A model generated the notes under the pieces. That model was not told the origin of the DNA. It saw nothing but the letters and a program-made list of their open reading frames with translations, and ran no database searches. A DNA stretch of 64,000 nt, taken from contig JBGASG010000006.1 in NCBI GenBank assembly GCA_044229845.1, positions 160,001-224,000 of the forward strand, written 5' to 3'. The position numbers and the translations under genes were made by a program. Shown one piece after another: positions 57,171-64,000 of the stretch. Within the stretch, counting starts at the first letter, position 1, and each line of letters opens with the position of its first letter. This stretch comes from Candidatus Obscuribacteraceae bacterium. GTDB taxonomy: Bacteria > Cyanobacteriota > Vampirovibrionia > Obscuribacterales > Obscuribacteraceae.

Positions 57171-58670
57171 TCAATACTTCTGAAACGCCGGGCAAGCCAG
57201 CATCAGTCCGAGCACCGGCAGCTGCACCAGTTCGGATGAAGGCGGCAGTTGAGCCGAGACAAACTGCCCGACGACCTCACCTTCCTCCGGTGTGGGCAGG
57301 CGACCGAGCAGGTGAGCCAAGAGCGGCGTCACCGAGTTGCCGGTAATGGACAGGGCTTGCGCCAGACGATTGCCGTCGATATGTACGTTGGGCACCTGAT
57401 TGGCAGCCAGCGTCATGGCGAAATTCCATCGCCACAAAAGCGTCCCCACCCAATGTGCGGGACTCTCAGGATAGCCGTCCGGCGTCGGGAATTGAAACAG
57501 CGGCTGTCCCATCCGCGACAGGTACTCGACCAGTTCCGGGCGGGCATGCGTGTCGGCTCCGGTCGCCCGCAAACAGCTGACGATGTAATGAAACGGACGC
57601 TTGATCTTAGTGCCTCGCTGCTTCGCGAAATCTTCGCTTCTCAGAATCTGGCGCAGCAGCGATTTGATGTCGCCACCACTGGCGGTGAAGGATGCTGCCA
57701 CCTGATTGACCAGAGCCGCGGGCGGATCATCGGCTACGAACTTTCGCACCAGCTTGGTGGCGATGTGCCGGGCTGTTGCCGGATGACTGCAGCAAATGTC
57801 GACCAACCGGTCCAGATCCGCCGCGCCCCCACCGGCGGCAATTGTCTGACCGAGCACATGTTTCTCGCCGTCGTCGTGGAACGCCGGTTCGAAAAATGCC
57901 GTGCCTTTGTGCATACGATCGTGAATGCGCCAGCCCGTCAAACAACGCGCCGCCTCGAAGACATCTTTTTGCGTATAGCCACCATCGACGCCCAGCGTGT
58001 GCAACTCCAGAAGTTCGCGCCCGTAGTTTTCATTCGGAATGTCTTTGGGTGCGGATTTCTTGTTTTCCTTCCCGTCCAGGTAGACCAGCATGGCGGGCGA
58101 CGTTGCAGAAGCTCGGATCAGGTCGCGAAACTTGCCGAAGGCATGCGCCCGCACCACTTGCTTGTCATCGGTCGGTTTCAAATAAACGCAATCACCTTTG
58201 TCGATGTTGATATTCAGGTGATCCGTCCAGAACGACACCATCACTTCAAACAATTGTTTCTTGCTGTAGGCGGCTCGCAAAAGCGTGTGGCGCACGATGT
58301 CTTTGCGCAGCGCCTCGCGACGAAACTCGTAACACATGCCCGGGTCCATAGCCAGCGTTTCGAAACGGCGAGCCCGCATCTCGCAAAGCGCATCATCGAT
58401 TTTTTCCGGGGCGAGTTGTTGTTCGATGTATGCAGCACCGCCCATGGAGGCAATGCGTTCCAGATCACCGGGCCAGACGCCGAAACTGGTGCGCTGCAAA
58501 ATGTGGAAGAGCGGATCGATATCATCACTGGTGGCGGCCGTTACATGATCGGGAATCGCCTGCCCCAGATCCTGCGTGACGCGGCTGAGAATGCCCTCGC
58601 AAGATGTGAGCGGCACACTGCCGGCCAAAGCGGCTCCGGCCAGCAAAAATTTGCGTCGACTCGACTTCAT
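57171..58670 (-). CDS. DUF1800 domain protein (Tat-type signal)
   Basis: SRRKFL, EVMVSFWTDH, PAMLVYLD, NENYGRELLELHTLG, LTGW. Confidence 0.9.
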   Translation of the reverse strand: MKSSRRKFLLAGAALAGSVPLTSCEGILSRVTQDLGQAIPDHVTAATSDDIDPLFHILQRTSFGVWPGDLERIASMGGAAYIEQQLAPEKIDDALCEMRARRFETLAMDPGMCYEFRREALRKDIVRHTLLRAAYSKKQLFEVMVSFWTDHLNINIDKGDCVYLKPTDDKQVVRAHAFGKFRDLIRASATSPAMLVYLDGKENKKSAPKDIPNENYGRELLELHTLGVDGGYTQKDVFEAARCLTGWRIHDRMHKGTAFFEPAFHDDGEKHVLGQTIAAGGGAADLDRLVDICCSHPATARHIATKLVRKFVADDPPAALVNQVAASFTASGGDIKSLLRQILRSEDFAKQRGTKIKRPFHYIVSCLRATGADTHARPELVEYLSRMGQPLFQFPTPDGYPESPAHWVGTLLWRWNFAMTLAANQVPNVHIDGNRLAQALSITGNSVTPLLAHLLGRLPTPEEGEVVGQFVSAQLPPSSELVQLPVLGLMLACPAFQKY

Positions 58671-58680
58671 GGCGGCAGCC

Positions 58681-59289
58681 TCAAACCGGCGTCGCCGCTT
58701 CATCTTCCGCAGACATCGCCATCGGCTCTGCGGTCAAGCCTAACTCGCCCGCGCCGGCAGTTTCATCGCCAACCGCAATGGGCGGCAGAGGCGGTGGTGC
58801 CTTGGGCACTCTTTTTCGCGTCAGCAAAACGCGCGTCAAAGTGCCGAAGCCGACTATCAAAGAAACCGGCAGCAGGAGAAACCAGCCCAGAATCGGAAAC
58901 AGAAACGACAGAACCAGCACCACGCCGCCGCGCAAAGTGCGCTTCCAGGGGCGGGTTTCATCAGCAGGTGAAGGCAGCCGACCGCCCAGCATTGTCGCGA
59001 TGCCAGCCACACCGACACTGGCATACAGGAAAAAGAAACTCAATTCGAAAAGCGGAGACAGCTGACCGACCGGTCCGGGCAACTTGCCGGAGATGCCCAT
59101 GGCGAAAATCAGCATGACCAGAAACGGCAATCCGACAAAAAACGACTTCAGCATGCCGTGGCGGTTGCGGTCGGCGCAGGCGGTGACGGCATCGGTCCAC
59201 ATGCCCCGGCAAAACAGCCAGAGTGCCGGAAAGGCAATCAGAAGCCCGACGATAACCAGGAAGATTCCCACCGTATCCGCTAGCATCAT
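58681..59289 (-). CDS. membrane hypothetical protein (~4 TM)
   Basis: Hydrophobic helices, PILGW motif; co-oriented with DUF1800. Confidence 0.7.
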   Translation of the reverse strand: MMLADTVGIFLVIVGLLIAFPALWLFCRGMWTDAVTACADRNRHGMLKSFFVGLPFLVMLIFAMGISGKLPGPVGQLSPLFELSFFFLYASVGVAGIATMLGGRLPSPADETRPWKRTLRGGVVLVLSFLFPILGWFLLLPVSLIVGFGTLTRVLLTRKRVPKAPPPLPPIAVGDETAGAGELGLTAEPMAMSAEDEAATPV

Positions 59290-59378
59290 GGCTGTTGCCC
59301 CCTAAACCGCGCAAACCGCGCTCGCCTAACCCCAAGGCAGTCTCTGAAACTAATTTACCCGGCCGGCGCCCGAAAGTT

Positions 59379-60341
59379 CTATTTGCCCGATTTGCCCAAG
59401 CTGCCCGAATTGATCGCCAGACGGATCGATGAAAGGGGAGCCCGGTCGTCGAAATAAACACGATCACCGACCTGCCGCACACCCAGCTGCTTCCAATATG
59501 ATTCCAGACTGACCCGCAGGGGTTGGCTGCGCATCTGGTCGTACAGGGGTTCGAGCACTCTCACGCCGACAGCCTGATCGCCGACGCGCAGAGCCTTGCG
59601 CGCCGACCACTCGGATTCGAAATTGCCGCCGGCGGCTGGAATCGCCGCCATCGCATCCTGCAGACCGCGCTGGTTATTGGTGCGCTTGCGAATCTCGCAG
59701 TCAGCGACCAGACAGAAAATAGCGCCGCCCCAGTAGATGCGGTCGATGCTGCGCGCCTCGCTCAGTCCGCTGTCATTGTCGGCCAGCCCGTCAGGCATAC
59801 TTTCCAGAAGATCGCCCCAGACTTTACTTGCCTGCAGGTCATTGACCTGCATCCGGGCGATCGGCTCTATATAGGTAGCCATGCCTTCTTTGAGCCAGCG
59901 GTCGTCGCCGTCAACCATCGGGAAGGCCAGATGCACCATTTCATGCGTCGCTTCCCAGCTGCGCATCAGGCGCTCTTCGGTGATGTTTCGGCCGATGGGA
60001 ATCTCGATGATCGGCCGGCCGTCTTCGAAACCGGCAGTGGAGAACGCCACCGCCCGGCCACTGGTGGAAGACAGCCTGACCAGAAGGCGCGGCACTGGAA
60101 ACTTTCCATAATATCGGCTCACCGACCGGGCGGCGGTGGAAATCCAGCGGGTGTAGGTTTCGCGCGGCAGCGGATAATCGCCGCGCATGAACTGCACATC
60201 GATGACTGAACCGCCGATGTTGAGCCGCACCATATCCGGTGCGCTGCTGCGCTGTCCGGGTACCCACCACTGGGCCATCAGCTCGGGCGGCGCCCACAAA
60301 AACGTAATCAGCAAGGTCAGAAAAACCAGAGCTCTTCTCAA
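59379..60341 (-). CDS. secreted gluzincin-like metallopeptidase
   Basis: Signal peptide; HEMVH...WLKEGMATY; IYWGGA. Confidence 0.75.
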   Translation of the reverse strand: MRRALVFLTLLITFLWAPPELMAQWWVPGQRSSAPDMVRLNIGGSVIDVQFMRGDYPLPRETYTRWISTAARSVSRYYGKFPVPRLLVRLSSTSGRAVAFSTAGFEDGRPIIEIPIGRNITEERLMRSWEATHEMVHLAFPMVDGDDRWLKEGMATYIEPIARMQVNDLQASKVWGDLLESMPDGLADNDSGLSEARSIDRIYWGGAIFCLVADCEIRKRTNNQRGLQDAMAAIPAAGGNFESEWSARKALRVGDQAVGVRVLEPLYDQMRSQPLRVSLESYWKQLGVRQVGDRVYFDDRAPLSSIRLAINSGSLGKSGK

Positions 60342-60405
60342 TTGACAAACCCGGCTTTGCAGTAATGAAAAATTGGACCCACTTACTAGACTTTAGCAGC
60401 TTGGG

Positions 60406-61422
60406 TCAAAGGTCGCCATTTGAGAGTCCGGTCCCCGACTGGATGGCGGATCCCGCATTTTCGGGCAACCGGAGCGCGCTGGCCACAAAACTGCGGCGGG
60501 TGATTTGTTTGCTCAACCAGGCATCGACGGCGCTCATGGCGGCGACGTTCGGCTTCGCGGTTTCCAGCAAAATGTGCCCAGCCGCCGGCAGGCACACAAG
60601 ATCGGCATCGTGGCGAGCGAAGCTGATACGCAGCAGTTGCGCACCGGCAGGCTTCAGCATCTTGTCCTGCCCGCCCTGCAAAATCAATACCGGCACATGT
60701 CCCGGCACCTGTGGTGCTACTTTCAAAGTTTGCCTGACCACCTTGCAGGTGGAGAGAATCGCTTTGATACTAAATCTGGTGCGCACGGTTTGGTCGCCCA
60801 GATGCTCGGAAACTATCTCTTCGTCGTTGGAGATGTGCTTACGCAGATACGGCGCGATGTCGAGCTGGTGTTTCTGAGCGACCAGCATGTGCATCACCCC
60901 GGGGACCATATTCAGCGAAATGCAATGATGCAGTTTGACACCGGGCGCAGAGAGAATCAGTCCGTCGATCGAGTCGGGACGCTGCGCGGCCAGCTGCACA
61001 GCCATGGAGGCCCCGAGGCTCTCCCCGAGCACATAAACCGGGGCATCGGGGCTGCGGCGCTTGATCTCGTCGGTAATGCGCTTCAAGTCGGACAGGCTGC
61101 GTTTGTAGTCGACTTCGCTCGACCAGCCTCCGTAGCCGCGCAGATCAGGCGCGATGACGGTTATGCCTTGCGCCCTCAACGTCTCACCGAGGCGGTTGTA
61201 CACGTGCCCGTGCAAGCTCATGCCGTGGATGGCAATCAAGTAAACGTCTTGCCGCCCGTCGCCTGGCGCGGCGTGCCACTCCGATATCGGCAGCGAGAGC
61301 CGTTCGGAGAGCGAGGCGGTACTGTCGGCATCACTGCCGCAAGCGGGACGCACGCAAACCAGGAGCAGAGCCACCGCAGTGGCCAGAACCAAATTCGATA
61401 CCAGTATCAATAGGTGAAGCAC
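60406..61422 (-). CDS. alpha/beta hydrolase (lysophospholipase-like)
   Basis: IHG, DLRGYG, GESLG, QGGQD, AGH. Confidence 0.85.
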   Translation of the reverse strand: MLHLLILVSNLVLATAVALLLVCVRPACGSDADSTASLSERLSLPISEWHAAPGDGRQDVYLIAIHGMSLHGHVYNRLGETLRAQGITVIAPDLRGYGGWSSEVDYKRSLSDLKRITDEIKRRSPDAPVYVLGESLGASMAVQLAAQRPDSIDGLILSAPGVKLHHCISLNMVPGVMHMLVAQKHQLDIAPYLRKHISNDEEIVSEHLGDQTVRTRFSIKAILSTCKVVRQTLKVAPQVPGHVPVLILQGGQDKMLKPAGAQLLRISFARHDADLVCLPAAGHILLETAKPNVAAMSAVDAWLSKQITRRSFVASALRLPENAGSAIQSGTGLSNGDL

Positions 61423-61793
61423 TAACTACTAAGACCTGCACGATGAGCGCCCCGGGAATGGTTCATCCAGTGCGCTTAATCGACCACGATCTCAGTGGCA
61501 GTTGAAAGTGTAAGTGGAGAACCGCTTCCGACGCGGCTGCGACAAGCGCATATAACTACAATAATCCACAAATCCCGCCGCCTGTCAAGCTTTTGACGTT
61601 TAGCGCCTGGACAAAACGGCGAGATCGTCGTTTCGGAACCGGGTCTGAGACCGGCTTTTCGGTGACTGCCACTGAATTTGGTGCCGCCCCCGGCAGGAGA
61701 TTGCGGCACGCAACAAATCGGCTCAAATCAGCCCGAAGGGGCGCATTAGTGCTACCCTCTAGGTTCTGTCCCAAAAGCTGTGGAGAAACTGAG

Positions 61794-62984
61794 GTGACGA
61801 CGACGACGGATGCGGAATCCAGGCTGGTAGTCGCGCAAGCGCGGCGGGTGGTGGTTAAGCTGGGAACGGCGATTCTCGTGAAGGAAGAAGGCGGCATTGC
61901 GCTCAGCCGCTTTTATTCGTTTATCGAAGGCATCGCCGACCTGATGAAGTCGGGAAAAGAAGTCTTGCTCGTCACTTCCGGTGCCGTCGGACTGGGCGCG
62001 CAGAAACTCGGACTAGCCAAGAAGCCCAAACAGCTGCCTCTCAAACAAGCCTGCGCCGCCATCGGGCAAGGTCGTTTGATGGCGCTCTACTCTGACGCAT
62101 TTCAGGCGCTGGGCGTGGTGACGGCACAGATTCTGCTCACCGAGGAGGACTTCTCCAACCGCCAGCGCTACCTCAATTTGCGCAGCACGATTCACGAACT
62201 GCTGCAATTGCGCGTTTTGCCGATCATCAATGAGAACGACACGGTTTCCACCGCCGAACTCGAGTCGTTGCGCGCCGAGGGCCACTACAAAGTAAACTTC
62301 GGAGACAACGACAAACTGTCGGCGCTCGTAGCAAGCAAAGTGGAGGCAGATCTGCTCGTCATTCTCACGGATGTCGAGGGTCTCTACACCGATGACCCGC
62401 GCAAAGGCGGCGACGCCAAGTTGATCGCGGAGGTCAAAGCCATCACGCCCGAAATCGAAGCCCTCGCCGATGCTCCGGCAAAAACCGCCAAGCTCGGACG
62501 CGGCGGCATGAAAACTAAATTGGACGCGGCCAAGGCAGCCACGCACTCAGGCTGCTCGGTGGTGATCGCCGGCGGCAAGGTAAACAACGTGATTCCGCGG
62601 CTTTTCGCCCAGGAACCGCTGGGAACTCTCTTCCTGCCTCAGCCCGGATTGACCGGCAAAAAACGCTGGATTGCATTTGCCACGACGGTCAAGGCAGCGC
62701 TTGTCGTCAACGACGGCGCGCGACAAGCGCTTCTGGCGGGCAAAGCCAGTTTGCTGCCGGCCGGCATAGTCGCGGTGCGCGGACAGTTCGAACGCGGCGA
62801 TGTGGTCAGCATTGTTGACGGGTCGGGCAGTGAGTTCGCTCGCGGCATCGCCAACTATGACAGCGAAGAAGCAAAGGCTGTCTCGGGGCTGCATTCGGCG
62901 GCGATCGACGAAAAAATCGCCGCGCGCAACTACGATGCCATCGTCACGCGCGATAATGTAGCTCTTCTGGAAGCCGTGGGGTAG
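61794..62984 (+). CDS. proB: glutamate 5-kinase with PUA domain
   Basis: VVVKLGT, VTSGAVG, PIINENDTV, FGDNDKL, GRGGMKTK, SLLPAG; GTG start after GGAG. Confidence 0.95.
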   Translation: MTTTTDAESRLVVAQARRVVVKLGTAILVKEEGGIALSRFYSFIEGIADLMKSGKEVLLVTSGAVGLGAQKLGLAKKPKQLPLKQACAAIGQGRLMALYSDAFQALGVVTAQILLTEEDFSNRQRYLNLRSTIHELLQLRVLPIINENDTVSTAELESLRAEGHYKVNFGDNDKLSALVASKVEADLLVILTDVEGLYTDDPRKGGDAKLIAEVKAITPEIEALADAPAKTAKLGRGGMKTKLDAAKAATHSGCSVVIAGGKVNNVIPRLFAQEPLGTLFLPQPGLTGKKRWIAFATTVKAALVVNDGARQALLAGKASLLPAGIVAVRGQFERGDVVSIVDGSGSEFARGIANYDSEEAKAVSGLHSAAIDEKIAARNYDAIVTRDNVALLEAVG

Positions 62985-62994
62985 TCAATCTGCA

Positions 62995-64000
62995 ATGCCG
63001 CTGAAACCCGACGCCGAAGTTGCCGTCGAAAGCGCCGCACAACTGGCGCAGCGCGCCCGCACGGCATCGACTCAGCTGGCGTCCCTGAGCGGAGAGCGGC
63101 GCCGCGAATTACTGGAGCAGATGGCCGTTTGTCTCGATGCATCCAGCAAATCCATTTTGTCGGCCAACTCTCAAGATGTGGAGTCGGCTGCCCAGATGGT
63201 GGCACGCGGAGAGATGTCCTCGTCCCTGGCTGACAGATTGAAACTGGACGATGCGAAATGGGCGGGTGTGCTGGCAGGCGTGAGGCAGGTGGCAGCCATG
63301 GCGGATCCGCTCGGGCGCGTGGAGCTGGCGCGCGAGCTGGACAACGGACTACGTCTATATCAAACACGCTGTCCGATTGGTGTGGTGCTGGTTATCTTCG
63401 AGTCGCGACCGGATGCGCTGGTGCAAATTGTTTCTCTTTTGATCAAGAGCGGCAACGCCGGAATTCTGAAAGGCGGGAGCGAAGCGAAACGCACCAATCA
63501 AGCCATCATGGAAGCGATACTAATTGCCATTGAGCGGTGCCGGTTTCCTCAATCGTCATACACGCTCATCTCGGGGCGTGAACAGGTCGCTGAACTGCTC
63601 AAGCAGGAGCGCCTGATCGATCTGGTGATTCCCCGCGGATCCAATCAGCTGGTGCGCGACATTCAAAACTCAACCCGTGTGCCCGTGCTCGGACACGCCG
63701 AAGGAATCTGCCATCTTTATATTCACGAAGATGCAGATCTGGACATGGCACTGAAGCTGGCCATCGATGCGAAAACCAATTATCCGGCCGCCTGCAATTC
63801 GATCGAAACACTTCTGGTCAACGAGAAAATTGCGGCTGCGTTCTTGCCTGGTTTTCTTGAGCAGGCGCGAGATAAAAAGACGACGGTGCGCATGACTGCA
63901 GCGGACGCATTACAATTTGGTATCACCACCGAATCCGGTGCGCAGCCCGCCAAAATTGAAACGCCGGACACCATTGACTGGGCAACCGAATATTCGGATC
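62995..64000 (+). CDS. proA: gamma-glutamyl phosphate reductase (3' partial; absent from the ORF track)
   Basis: DRLKLD, PIGVVLVIFESRP, KSGNAGILKGGSEA, IPRGS, GICHLYI, ACNSIETLLV. Confidence 0.95.
   Translation, partial: MPLKPDAEVAVESAAQLAQRARTASTQLASLSGERRRELLEQMAVCLDASSKSILSANSQDVESAAQMVARGEMSSSLADRLKLDDAKWAGVLAGVRQVAAMADPLGRVELARELDNGLRLYQTRCPIGVVLVIFESRPDALVQIVSLLIKSGNAGILKGGSEAKRTNQAIMEAILIAIERCRFPQSSYTLISGREQVAELLKQERLIDLVIPRGSNQLVRDIQNSTRVPVLGHAEGICHLYIHEDADLDMALKLAIDAKTNYPAACNSIETLLVNEKIAAAFLPGFLEQARDKKTTVRMTAADALQFGITTESGAQPAKIETPDTIDWATEYSD

Noticed and set aside
57249..59117. 622-aa plus-strand ORF and other long shadow ORFs (e.g. 14329-15339, 22718-23680, 25992-26936, 30813-31778, 39085-39987)
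   Set aside because: They are antisense to well-supported genes, have no recognisable motifs, and are expected at this GC content.
61593..61793. ProB N-terminal extension, or a known riboswitch (c-di-GMP-I, TPP, cobalamin)
   Set aside because: The extension has no ProB similarity, and only fragments of riboswitch consensus motifs are present.
1..64000. HIP1 (GCGATCGC) over-representation
   Set aside because: Only scattered copies were noticed by eye (e.g. ~31945, ~46113, ~47678). They were not counted rigorously, but the density is not obviously high.

Overview
Bacterial chromosomal window of moderately high GC. The gene content is reminiscent of non-photosynthetic Cyanobacteriota (Obscuribacterales/Melainabacteria), but that is only an inference. 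Left end: a partial DUF692 gene with a small partner ORF, then a ~3.2 kb integrase-less island at the 3' end of a tmRNA gene (ssrA, 4203-4585, minus). The island carries an AbiE-like type IV toxin-antitoxin pair and a broken Mrr-like nuclease. Next come a WGR-DUF4132 gene, three Tad-like genes, an S8 protease, prmA and several hypothetical genes. A large minus-strand branched-chain amino acid cluster follows (leuA-ilvD-ilvC-ilvG-ilvM-cimA[internally deleted]-leuC-leuD-leuB). After it lie a metB-aspartokinase operon, an IS1595-derived gene apparently lacking the DDE core, methionine-salvage genes, a P450, patatin, osmC, a MATE pump, clpS-clpA, DUF1800-DUF1501 and proBA. The most notable features missing from the ORF track are three short leader-peptide attenuators: Leu-rich before leuA, Ile/Leu/Val-rich before ilvD, and an unusual Met-rich, apparently leaderless one before metB. 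Also notable are a family of 16 intergenic GCGATATCGC-centred palindromes at 8 loci, tandem tmRNA att sites with arm-type repeats, and a perfect 38-bp palindrome. All protein calls come from motif recognition by eye, not database searches.
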